DNA of 31,321 nt from Enhygromyxa sp. Its GTDB lineage: Bacteria; Myxococcota_A; Polyangia; Nannocystales; Nannocystaceae. Both the position numbers and the translations under genes were made by a program. Below the pieces are notes generated by a model. That model was given only the letters and a program-made list of their open reading frames with translations, was not told the DNA's origin and did no database searches. Of the stretch, positions 1 through 10,793 are shown one piece after another (the first letter of the stretch is position 1; each line of letters begins with the position of its first letter). The stretch is taken from the NCBI GenBank assembly GCA_046484755.1, contig JAWOII010000104.1, positions 64,001 through 95,321 of the forward strand, given 5' to 3'.

Positions 1-87
1 CTCGCGGCCGAGCTCGAGCTCGCGCTCGGCTGCGGCGAGCCAGTCGCGATCGCTCAGGCGCCAGAGCCAGTGATCAGCGTCGAGCAT
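1..87 (-). CDS. Possible 5' end of a minus-strand gene running off the window (MLDADHWLWRLSDRDWLAAAERELELGRE...). The plus frame is also open here, so this is ambiguous.
   Basis: ATG at 87..85; open frame with GC-rich third positions to window start. Plus frame also open until TAG at 91-93. Confidence 0.25.
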   Translation of the reverse strand, partial: MLDADHWLWRLSDRDWLAAAERELELGRE

Positions 88-90
88 CGC

Positions 91-255
91 TAGCAGCCCG
101 TGGTGAAACCCATCGCGGCCCAGAGTGCGTCACTGGGGTTCGAGGCCGCGAAGCCAAAACGAAGTTGTATCGGGATACTACGAGCTTTTGGCGACAAAGG
201 CATCGGACGTCAGGGGCGTGCTCTGGGGTGCGAGGGGTTTCACCACGGGCTGCTA
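91..255. repeat. About 165-bp imperfect palindromic element. It has perfect 21-bp terminal inverted repeats (91-111 tagcagcccgtggtgaaaccc; 235-255 gggtttcaccacgggctgcta) and a nested 7-bp IR (GCCAAAA...TTTTGGC).
   Basis: Reverse complement of 91-111 equals 235-255 exactly. The interior is about 75% self-complementary and has lower GC. It lies just downstream of the minus-strand lipoprotein stop codon. Confidence 0.7.
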
Positions 256-885
256 GGGCTCGCCGTCGCCGTCACCATCACCGGTCGCATCGCCGTCGCC
301 GTCGCCGGTCGCATCGCCGTCGCCGTCGCCGGTCGCATCGCCGTCGCCGTCGCCGTCGCCGTCGCCATCACCGGTCGCATCGCCGTCGCCGTCGCCGGTC
401 GCATCGCCGTCGCCGTCGCCGGTCGCATCGCCATCGCCGTCGCCGGTCGCATCGCCATCGCCATCGCCGGTCGCATCGCCATCGCCATCGCCGGTCGCAT
501 CGCCATCGCCATCGCCGGTCGCATCGCCATCGCCATCGCCATCGCCATCGCCATCGCCATCGCCGGACTCATCGCCGGTCTCGTCGATCGGGAGGTCGCG
601 CTTGCTCGGCATGTCGTCGAAGATCGGCGGATCCCCGAGCCCGTCGTCATCGTCGGGCACGGTGTCGTCGGTCGTGCAGTAGCCGATCGCGAGGTTGGCG
701 GAGCACTCCCCGGGCGCGAGCACAGTGCTGCCCTCGACCACGCACACCAGCCCGTCGCGGCAGTCGGAGGCGCAGCGGCAGACCTCACCGTCCTTGGCCT
801 TGCAGCCGAAGCCGAGGGCGCCGAAGCAGAAGGCGAGCGCGAAGCCGAAGGCCGGGGCGAAGTGGCGCCGCATCAGTCGCATCAT
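253..885 (-). CDS. Lipoprotein. It has a lipobox signal peptide (LGFGC), a Cys-rich N-terminal module and a C-terminal tract of (ATGDGDGD)n acidic repeats.
   Basis: ATGATG start at 885/882 overlaps the greA TGA stop (translational coupling). The MMRLMRRHFAPAFGFALAFCFGALGFGC signal has Cys at +1. Stop is TAG at 255..253. Confidence 0.75.
   Translation of the reverse strand: MMRLMRRHFAPAFGFALAFCFGALGFGCKAKDGEVCRCASDCRDGLVCVVEGSTVLAPGECSANLAIGYCTTDDTVPDDDDGLGDPPIFDDMPSKRDLPIDETGDESGDGDGDGDGDGDGDATGDGDGDATGDGDGDATGDGDGDATGDGDGDATGDGDGDATGDGDGDATGDGDGDGDGDGDATGDGDGDATGDGDGDATGDGDGDGEP
256..566. repeat. Tandem 24-nt coding repeat (ggtcgcatcgccgtcgccgtcgcc and variants, ~12 copies) encoding (ATGDGDGD)n in the minus-strand lipoprotein.
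   Basis: Directly visible periodicity. The complementary-strand frames give the spurious RRRRSH / AMAMAM ORFs in the track. Confidence 0.9.
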
Positions 886-1367
886 GGGATCCGCTTGTAC
901 TCGACCTTGACGACCTCGAACTCGCGATCGCCCTTGGGCAGCCGTACGACCACGTCGTCGCCCTCGGCCTTGCCGAGCATCGCCTGGGCGATGGGGGCGG
1001 CGATCGAGATCTTGCCGGCCTTCACGTCGCTCTCGGTCTCGCCGACGATCCGGTAGACGACCTCTTCGTCGCTGTCCATGTCGGTCAGCGTCACCGTCGC
1101 CCCAAAGCCGATCGTCTCCGACTTGATGGTCTCGGGATCGATCACCTGCGCGAGCCCGATTCGGCTCTCGAGGTTGGAGATGCGCGCCGCGATCTCGGCC
1201 TGGCGCTCCTTGGCCGCGTGATACTCGGCGTTCTCGCGCAGGTCGCCGTGCCCGAGGGCGACCTCGATGTCCTGCACGTTCTGCGGTCGCTCGACCTCCT
1301 TGAGGCGCTTGAGCTCCACACGGAGCGTCTCGAGTCCAGCGGGGGTCATGGGGAAGCGTTGGGTCAT
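882..1367 (-). CDS. greA: Transcription elongation factor GreA
   Basis: 161 aa. Canonical GreA N-terminal coiled coil (LETLRVELKRLKEVERPQNVQDIEVALGHGDLRENAEYHAAKERQ) and C-terminal FKBP-like domain. Lies downstream of carB as in many bacteria. Confidence 0.95.
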   Translation of the reverse strand: MTQRFPMTPAGLETLRVELKRLKEVERPQNVQDIEVALGHGDLRENAEYHAAKERQAEIAARISNLESRIGLAQVIDPETIKSETIGFGATVTLTDMDSDEEVVYRIVGETESDVKAGKISIAAPIAQAMLGKAEGDDVVVRLPKGDREFEVVKVEYKRIP

Positions 1368-1646
1368 CGGACAAAACCTCGCAAAAGCTGGCCAGGGGCC
1401 CGGGCGCGGGTGTCCGCGCCAGAGGGGCGAGCGACGGGCGGCGCTTGAGTCGCCGGCTTCTCGTGCACTCGCTCCTGCCGGGCCTCGTGCTGGGGGATCT
1501 TAGCCCCTGAGGCGTGGGGGGCTCAAGCGTGGGAGCAGGGCCTGGTCGGGTGTACAGGGAGGAGCGAAGCCACTCGCCGAGCGCGCTGGCGATCTGGATC
1601 TTTGATCATCTCGCCGAGCTTGGCCCGGCGGACAGGCTCCGCCCAC

Positions 1647-4925
<3,279 letters not shown>

Positions 4926-5057
4926 GGCGCGGGGCTTTTACCCCTTGAAGCGATAGGGAACAAGCGCGCAGCACTTGTCCGACAATCGCGAAGGCGTCAC
5001 GGGAAGTGTTCGGTGTCCGGGACGCCCCGACCCACTGACGTGTTATGATGCGCCCGA
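4926..5057. promoter_or_regulatory. Divergent intergenic region between carB and the 5058 gene. It contains a GGGG-CTTTTA-CCCC mini-hairpin (4931-4944) 6 nt upstream of the carB GTG and a lower-GC stretch (ttgaagcgatagggaacaag).
   Basis: Position between divergent starts and the local GC drop. No confident -35/-10 assignment. Confidence 0.35.
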
Positions 5058-6653
5058 ATGGCCCTGATCGGTTCCATGACGGCGTCGGTCTGGTTGGCGC
5101 CGATGATCCCCAAGCTGCCGCTTCCGCTCGCGCAGCGGATCGATCGCTTGCTGCAGGCCAAGCCAGGACGTGAGACCGAAGCGCACGCGCTGAAGCTGTG
5201 CGAGGCGATCGTCGCCTACGCCGCCTGTGTGCGCGTGGCGGTGGCGGTGGCGGTGGTACCGGCCGCTCGGCGCTCGGCGCTGAGCAAGGCGGTCGATGAG
5301 CTTCGCAAAGTGGTCGAGCGCGGCGAGGCGAGGATCGCGAACTTTCGCGACCTGCTCGTCGCGGCCGCCAACGCGATCGAGGCGCTCGAGCCCGGGCACC
5401 CCCTCGGCCGGACCGAGCTGACCCGGCCGCGCACCGCCTGGGTCGCGCGCACGCAGCTGGTCGAGGCGCTCGGCGACAGCGTCGCAGTCGACGAGGCGAC
5501 CCGAAGTGGGGCGCTCGAGGGCGGGATCGCGGGGATCGTCGATCTGTGGGTCGCGCTAGTCGAGGCTCGGCACGAGGTCGAGATCGAGGCGCAGGGCGAT
5601 CCGTGGCTGCCCGCGCTCGGGGACGTGATCGTCGACATGCTCGGGGCCTCGGCGCTGCTCGGGGAGGCCTCGCTCACGCATCCCGAGCCGCTCGACGAGG
5701 GCGGCGTCGGCGAGCTGCGACGTCTGCACGGGCTCGAGGCCGAGCCCGACGACGAGCCGGCCCCGCGCGAGGCCTACGAGCCGGGCGTCGTGTGCTGGCG
5801 CTTCGATGATCAGGTGGTGTCCTCGTGCGGGCTGCTCGGCTACTGGGCCGACGAGCACGACTTCGATCACGTCGGCGTGATCGCTCGGCAGCGCCAGACC
5901 GCTGCCTCTCAGGCATCCCCGCCAGCACCGACCGTCGCTTCGCTTCCGTCGGTACACCCATGCCATCCCGGGGATGCCGAGTACCTCGACTACGGCTCCG
6001 GGTCGCGCTCACCGGCCACCGGCGCAGGCCAGGTGGCCTGGGATCGGCTCCGGGTCACGGCCGTCGAGGTCGAGCCCGAGCGGAGCGCCTCGCCGGTGTT
6101 CGTGCTCGTGGCCGCGGCGATCGCCTTGTTGCTGGTGATCGCCGGCGTCGCCTGGGCGCTGTGGCCAGTCTCTGACTCGGGCGAGCCCGGCCAAGCGACC
6201 GGGAGCTCGGGCCAGCCGATCGCGCGGACCCAGCAGACCAAGGCTCAGCCCGAGGAGCCCGGGCCCGATCCGGAGTCGGAGATCGTCATCGAGACCGAGC
6301 CGGAGCCCGAGACCTCCGCACATGGGCTGGGCGGGCGCTCGTCGGGCGCCGAAGGCGAGGAGCCGGAGACCGCCGAGGCCGAGCTTCCGAGCGCTTCGCT
6401 TTGGTTCGAGAGCGAGCGCAACCTCGGCACCTGCTCGGTCACCTACGACGGCCGGACCCGCAACGCGAACCTCCACCTCAAGACCAGGGCGCCCGAAGGA
6501 AAGCTGGAGTTTTCCTACCGCTGCGGCGAACATCGGGGGCGAGGGTCGATCGACGTCAAGCGCAACCGGGTCAACGGAGTGCTGTTTTGCAAGAAGAACG
6601 GAGCGGTCAAGGTGAAGACCGTACGCAGCAACGAGGGCCGCTGTGATCGTTGA
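5058..6653 (+). CDS. Hypothetical membrane protein. It has a ~290-aa cytoplasmic N-domain, one TM segment (VFVLVAAAIALLLVIAGVAWALW), an acidic EPE linker and a C-terminal Cys-containing beta-rich domain.
   Basis: 531-aa ORF with good GC3 except in the 5913-5979 inserted palindromic element. Its stop overlaps the start of the next gene (GTGATCGTTGA). Confidence 0.6.
   Translation: MALIGSMTASVWLAPMIPKLPLPLAQRIDRLLQAKPGRETEAHALKLCEAIVAYAACVRVAVAVAVVPAARRSALSKAVDELRKVVERGEARIANFRDLLVAAANAIEALEPGHPLGRTELTRPRTAWVARTQLVEALGDSVAVDEATRSGALEGGIAGIVDLWVALVEARHEVEIEAQGDPWLPALGDVIVDMLGASALLGEASLTHPEPLDEGGVGELRRLHGLEAEPDDEPAPREAYEPGVVCWRFDDQVVSSCGLLGYWADEHDFDHVGVIARQRQTAASQASPPAPTVASLPSVHPCHPGDAEYLDYGSGSRSPATGAGQVAWDRLRVTAVEVEPERSASPVFVLVAAAIALLLVIAGVAWALWPVSDSGEPGQATGSSGQPIARTQQTKAQPEEPGPDPESEIVIETEPEPETSAHGLGGRSSGAEGEEPETAEAELPSASLWFESERNLGTCSVTYDGRTRNANLHLKTRAPEGKLEFSYRCGEHRGRGSIDVKRNRVNGVLFCKKNGAVKVKTVRSNEGRCDR
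5913..5979. repeat. About 66-bp palindromic REP/RPE-like element (10-bp TIR GGCATCCCCG/CGGGGATGCC) embedded in-frame in the 5058 ORF. Its paralogue lies at 31233-31298.
   Basis: About 92% identity to 31233-31298. Perfect terminal inverted repeats. Low GC3 in the host frame. Confidence 0.7.
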
Positions 6654-7770
6654 GCTGATCCTGAGCGCGGCGCTGGTCCTCGGTCCGCCGATGGGCGCGA
6701 GCCCGGAGGGACCGGCCGCGCCCGAAGAGGGTGAGCTGGGCGATGGCGAGCCAGGGGAGGGTGAGCCGGTCGAGGGTGAGCCGGGCGAGGGCGAGCCGGT
6801 CGAGGGCGAGCCGGGCGAGGGCGAGTCGGGCGAGGGTGAGCCCGAGGAGGGTGAGGGTGAGCCCGGCGAGGGTGAGCCCGAGGAGGCGATCGACGTCGAG
6901 ACGGAGGCGATCGTCGAGGCCGCCTCCGAGGCCGTCCAGGATCGCGCGGTGCTCGAGCGCAACAACAAGGAGGTGCCCGAGTTCGTCCGCCACCTCGACG
7001 CGCTAGCGACCGTCGAGGGCCGGCTCGACACCTGCGGTAAGGCGGTCCAGGCCGAGGCGCGCATGGATCTCGCGCTCGCCTACCTGCGGGTCGCCGGCAC
7101 CTGCGACGCCAACGAGCTCACCGACGATCAGCTCCCGGAGCTCGAGTATCCCCGCGAGTGCGCCGGCGCGGCCACCCCCCACGACTGCGCGGCCTACCTG
7201 CTCGAGCGCGCGGCCGAGTTCGGCGACAGCGGGCCGGCCGGGGCCGAGGACCCGCTCGCCCAGGCCGCGGGCTGCCCTCACGCGGCCGAGTCGATGTCCG
7301 TCGAGCGCATGTTCGGCGGCTGCGTGGCGCAGGAGTACGAGGCCGCGGTCGAGCGCTGGCGCGCGAGCCAGGGACCCCCGGCGCCGATCGTCGACGGACC
7401 CCGTCGCATCAACCTCCCGGTCCCCCGCTGGGGCAGCATCCTCGGCGTCTCCCTCGGCGTCGGGGCGATCGCCGCGGGGGCGGCCCTGGTCGCGATCGAC
7501 GGGCGCTGCCCCGGCGGCCACGACCCGATGACGGACATCGAACAGTGCCCGAACGTCTACAACACCGACGCGGGCGGAGCCGTGCTGCTCAGCGTCGGCG
7601 CCCTCGCGGTGCTCAGCATGGGCGCGATCTTGACGATCACCGAGATCCAGAAGAAGCGGGGGCGAGGCAAGGCCAGCGAGGCCGCGCTGCGTCGGCGGAT
7701 GGACCGGGTCGCCGCGATCACTGGATGGCAAGCACCGCGCCTCCGACTTCGGCCCCAGCGCCGGCTTTGA
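6643..7770 (+). CDS. Hypothetical protein with N-terminal (GEPGEGEPVE)n acidic repeats, a Cys-containing middle domain and two C-terminal TM segments.
   Basis: GTG start at 6643, 8 nt before the upstream gene's stop. 375 aa. The 3' ~50 codons are Arg-rich and overlap the convergent lipoprotein gene, so the true end may be earlier. Confidence 0.55.
   Translation: MIVELILSAALVLGPPMGASPEGPAAPEEGELGDGEPGEGEPVEGEPGEGEPVEGEPGEGESGEGEPEEGEGEPGEGEPEEAIDVETEAIVEAASEAVQDRAVLERNNKEVPEFVRHLDALATVEGRLDTCGKAVQAEARMDLALAYLRVAGTCDANELTDDQLPELEYPRECAGAATPHDCAAYLLERAAEFGDSGPAGAEDPLAQAAGCPHAAESMSVERMFGGCVAQEYEAAVERWRASQGPPAPIVDGPRRINLPVPRWGSILGVSLGVGAIAAGAALVAIDGRCPGGHDPMTDIEQCPNVYNTDAGGAVLLSVGALAVLSMGAILTITEIQKKRGRGKASEAALRRRMDRVAAITGWQAPRLRLRPQRRL
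6726..6890. repeat. 18/36-nt tandem coding repeats (ggcgagggcgagccggtcgagggtgagccg) encoding GEPGEGEPVEGEP.
   Basis: Visible periodicity in the sequence. Confidence 0.85.
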
Positions 7771-8670
7771 AGCCGACTAGGGTGTAGTCGCAGGTGTAGG
7801 GCGGCTGGGCGTCGCACTCGACCCGGTAGCCGAGCTCGGGCACGCTCTGGTGGTTTAGCGCGTGGGCGCCGATCAGGTGGACGATCTGGTCGACGGTGCC
7901 GAGGGCGGTGAAGCCCTCGCTCAAGCCGGCGGCCGAGCTCACGGTGGCCCCGGCCGCGACCGCGAGCGCGCCCTCGGGCAGGTCGAAGGCGACGAGCTTG
8001 ACCCCGAGGGTCGCGTCGAGGCCCTCGGGCTGGGTTACGCAGTACTCGACGGTGGCTGCCTCGCCGACGCTGGCCGTGCGGGAGAACTCGAACACCGGGG
8101 CCTCGCCGGGCAAGTAGCGCTCGACCGTGTCGACGAAGAAGCGCCCGTCGAGCGCGGCGGTCGAGAGCTCGCCGCAGCCCTGCTCGGTGGTGATCTCCAG
8201 CTCGTGGATCTCGGGCGCGGGGAAGTCGTCCCCGAGGCCGATGACCACGGCCACGCCCGCGACCCGCGAGTTGGGGGCCGCGCCGCTGGTCTCGATCTCG
8301 ACACCCCAGCTGTCGCCCTCGTCGGTCCAGGCGATCGAATAGCCGAGGGTCTCGCTCTGACCGGGCTCGTAGCGGCGGACCGCGGCGATCGGGACCGAGA
8401 CCTGCTCGGCCGGCTTGGGGATCTGCGCGGTGAAGGTGTCGTTGCCCTGGAGCGAGAAGCTGATGAACTCGAGCCCGAGGCTGCACGCCGGCTCGCCGCA
8501 GCCGGGCGGCTCGCCGGTCTCGGTCGGATCGCCGTCGCCAGTCGGATCGCCGTCGCCGGTCGGCTCATCGGTGGTCCCGTCGGCGCCGGCCTCCTGCGCG
8601 TAGGGGTTGGGTTCGGTGCAGGCGAGCCCGCCACCGATCACGAGCGCAATGACCATCGACGAGCGTCGCA
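7718..8670 (-). CDS. Lipoprotein. It has signal VRRSSMVIALVIGGGLAC (lipobox LAC), an acidic TGDGDPTGDGDP linker and a ~270-aa beta-rich domain of unknown function.
   Basis: C-terminal ~315 aa of track ORF 7718..9667 has protein-like composition, whereas the upstream part is Arg-rich noise. Start is GTG 8670 or ATG 8655. Confidence 0.7.
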
Positions 8671-8730
8671 CGCGGCGATCATGCGCCCCCACGAACAAAC
8701 CCGTCAACCGGGGGCGAGGGGCGGCCTCGC

Positions 8731-9510
8731 TCAGCGCCGGGTCAGCCGCTTGCCGTCGAACGAGTGCTCGTCGTCGAGGTGCTTGCGGACCATCGCGGCG
8801 TGCTCCGACAGGTCCCAGCCCAGATCCGCGAGCCCGTCCAGGATCCGGGTGCGGAGCCGGACCGAGTCTTCCTCGGGGCTGTCGAGGTGGCCGACGAGGG
8901 CGGCCTTGGCCTGCTCCTCGGCGTTGTCGATCAGCGCCTCGATGCAGAAGTAGCGGATGTTCTCGTCGGGATCGGCGAGGTAGCGGATCAGGATCTCGCG
9001 GACCCGCTCGTCCTCGATCTCCTTGAGGTGGGTGAGCATCTGCAGCTTGGCGCTCGAGTCCCGCTCGTAGACCGGCGGGTGGACCTCGAGCAGGGCCTCG
9101 AGGATCTCCCACTCCTCGTCCTCGTTGGCGACGTCCTCGACGATCCGCAGCGCCCAGGCGATGCCCTCGGCGTCCCGGCTGAAGGTCTTGATCGGCCCGA
9201 GGACCGGCTTGCCGACCGCCGTCAGCCGCCGGTAGAGCCAGCCCTTCTCCTCTTCGTCGTCGATGCTCTTGCTCGAGTTGACGGTGAAGCGCCGCAGCAG
9301 GCCCACGTAGGCCTCGTCGCTCTGGCGCTCGAGGGCGGCGCGCTCGGGCGAGCCCTCGGGCAGCTTCTCGGCCTTGTCCCAGCTCGAGGCCGCGAGCTTG
9401 AAGAGGTCCTCCATGGCCGCGTAGCGGTCGGGCGACTGCGCATACTGGTTGATGACGCGGCGGGTCAGCTTCTCGACGCGGGTCTTCCCGCGTCCCGCTC
9501 CGAACAACAT
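8731..9510 (-). CDS. HEAT/PBS-lyase-type alpha-helical repeat protein
   Basis: Real start is ATG 9510 (MLFGAGRGKTRVEKL...). The upstream 70 codons of the track ORF are Arg-rich noise. HEAT-like repeats IRYFCIEALIDNAEEQAKAALVGHLDSPEEDSVRLRTRILDGLADLG. Confidence 0.65.
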   Translation of the reverse strand: MLFGAGRGKTRVEKLTRRVINQYAQSPDRYAAMEDLFKLAASSWDKAEKLPEGSPERAALERQSDEAYVGLLRRFTVNSSKSIDDEEEKGWLYRRLTAVGKPVLGPIKTFSRDAEGIAWALRIVEDVANEDEEWEILEALLEVHPPVYERDSSAKLQMLTHLKEIEDERVREILIRYLADPDENIRYFCIEALIDNAEEQAKAALVGHLDSPEEDSVRLRTRILDGLADLGWDLSEHAAMVRKHLDDEHSFDGKRLTRR

Positions 9511-9612
9511 GTCTTTGAGTCCCACTGCGGCCCTCGTGCCCGTTTGTGCCCGCAGGCGGGCGAATCGCCGGGCTTTTACCCGCTGCGCCCGAGTGCGGCA
9601 AGTCTCGATCTC

Positions 9613-9641
9613 GGCCGCGAGTCTGCCACGGACTCGCGGCC
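9613..9641 (-). terminator. Perfect 11-bp-stem hairpin (ggccgcgagtc-tgccacg-gactcgcggcc) 36 nt downstream of the small-lipoprotein stop. It is a candidate intrinsic terminator or RNA-processing hairpin with no U-tract.
   Basis: Exact inverted repeat read from the sequence. It sits between the 9677 stop and the 9510 start. Confidence 0.4.
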
Positions 9642-9676
9642 GTCTGACTCGAGCGGAGCCCCGGCAAGGCGCGCGC

Positions 9677-9964
9677 TCAGCCGGTCTCGTCACCGGTCTC
9701 GGTCGAGCCGGTCTCGTCACCGGTCTCGCTCGAGCCGGTGCCGCCCGAGTTACCGCCGAGCGCGCAGGCGCCGAACTTCGCGTCGACGTCCGAGCCGATC
9801 CGATGACAGCAGCCGTCAGCCTCGCAGCGGTAGTCGGGCGGGCAGCGATCGTCGCCCTCGACCTCGCAAGAGAACAGCACGTCGTCGGAGGGCGGCGAGA
9901 AGCAGGCGAGCGCGCTGCCGAGCGCGAAGCCGAAGAATGCCAGGAACACGCCGCGCATGGTCAT
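9677..9964 (-). CDS. Small (95 aa) Cys-rich lipoprotein (signal MTMRGVFLAFFGFALGSALAC) with 8 Cys and a C-terminal TGDETGSTETGDETG acidic tail.
   Basis: ATG 9964 overlaps the upstream TGA by 1 nt (TGATG). The lipobox and protein-like composition are confined to the last 95 codons of track ORF 9677..10933. Confidence 0.6.
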   Translation of the reverse strand: MTMRGVFLAFFGFALGSALACFSPPSDDVLFSCEVEGDDRCPPDYRCEADGCCHRIGSDVDAKFGACALGGNSGGTGSSETGDETGSTETGDETG

Positions 9965-10695
9965 CAAAACCGCAGGGTGAGGCCGCCAGGCGCGAGCTGC
10001 AGCCGCGCGGCGCTCGAGCGCGCGGCCTTGCGTCGCTGGACCCCGTCGACCGCGAACAGGGCGACGCCGGTGATCAGCGCCACGCCACCGGCGATGATCA
10101 GCCCGCGGGCGACCCACTGGTAGCTGTGGCCCTCGTCGAGCAAGCGCTGGTACTCGCCCGCGACCGGGCCGTAGGTGGTGGTCCGGCCGGTCGAGAGGTC
10201 GAAGCCGTAGGCCAGGCGCTCGGCTTCGTCCTCGCGGACCTCGGCGATCCCGGCAAAGATCCCGCCGCTGGTCGCGAGCGCGACCGCGGTGAAGGTCATC
10301 CACCAGCCTGCCGCCTGGAGCTTGGGCAGCCGCTCGGGCACGCCATCGACCTCGCCGGCGAGGCTCTCGCCTTCGAGGTCGGACTGGGCTCGGGTCGCGT
10401 TGGGGTCGTCGGGGTCGACGATCGCGCCCGCCACTCCGCCGCCGCTCGGGACGTCGCGGTGCTCGACCTCGACCTCGACCCCGGGCTCGCTCTCGGGCTC
10501 GACCTCGCTCTCGACCTCGCTCTCGGTCGCGTCGCTGGCTTCTCGAGCCGCGGCCGGATCCTCGTTGGCCGGCGGGGCGGCCCTGGATCCGATCGGTGCG
10601 AGCACGAGCGCGAGCGAGCCCAGCACCGCAGGCAGCCCGTGAAACCCACGACGGGCGCCCAGATCGGGGCAGCGCTCGATCAGCGTGGCGGGCAT
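9964..10695 (-). CDS. Hypothetical membrane protein with a signal/TM N-terminus, an acidic SEVESEVEPESEP tract and two TM helices.
   Basis: 243-aa ORF with hydrophobic segments and good GC3. Stop-start overlap couples it to the small lipoprotein gene. Confidence 0.6.
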   Translation of the reverse strand: MPATLIERCPDLGARRGFHGLPAVLGSLALVLAPIGSRAAPPANEDPAAAREASDATESEVESEVEPESEPGVEVEVEHRDVPSGGGVAGAIVDPDDPNATRAQSDLEGESLAGEVDGVPERLPKLQAAGWWMTFTAVALATSGGIFAGIAEVREDEAERLAYGFDLSTGRTTTYGPVAGEYQRLLDEGHSYQWVARGLIIAGGVALITGVALFAVDGVQRRKAARSSAARLQLAPGGLTLRF

Positions 10696-10793
10696 GTGCG
10701 CGGCAGGATAGCGGCCCGCTCGGGCTCGGGAAAGTCCGACCCTCGGGGTTCGGTGCCGGCTCGGACCTGCGCTCGTGTCCGTCGCGTGGACAA

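Noticed and set aside
138-155. tRNA-like GGTTCGA T-loop motifs (also at 12826-12836).
   Set aside because: No acceptor, D or anticodon stems can be built around them. The second lies in-frame inside the oxidoreductase gene.
256-566. Possible CRISPR array suggested by regular 24-nt repeats (the same applies to 6726-6890 and 17395-17592).
   Set aside because: The repeats are contiguous with no unique spacers, sit inside ORFs, and encode acidic peptide repeats.
100-1448. Long plus-strand ORFs 100..1056 and 165..1448 (RRRRSH / AVAVAG repeats) and minus ORF 240..788 (AMAMAM).
   Set aside because: They are alternative-frame or antisense readings of the 24-nt GD-repeat and of greA. They are low-complexity with no protein-like features, and the real genes are greA and the lipoprotein.
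1368-1646. The carB-greA intergenic region (279 bp) as a candidate attenuator or sRNA.
   Set aside because: No convincing hairpin plus U-tract or conserved motif is discernible by eye, so no claim is made.
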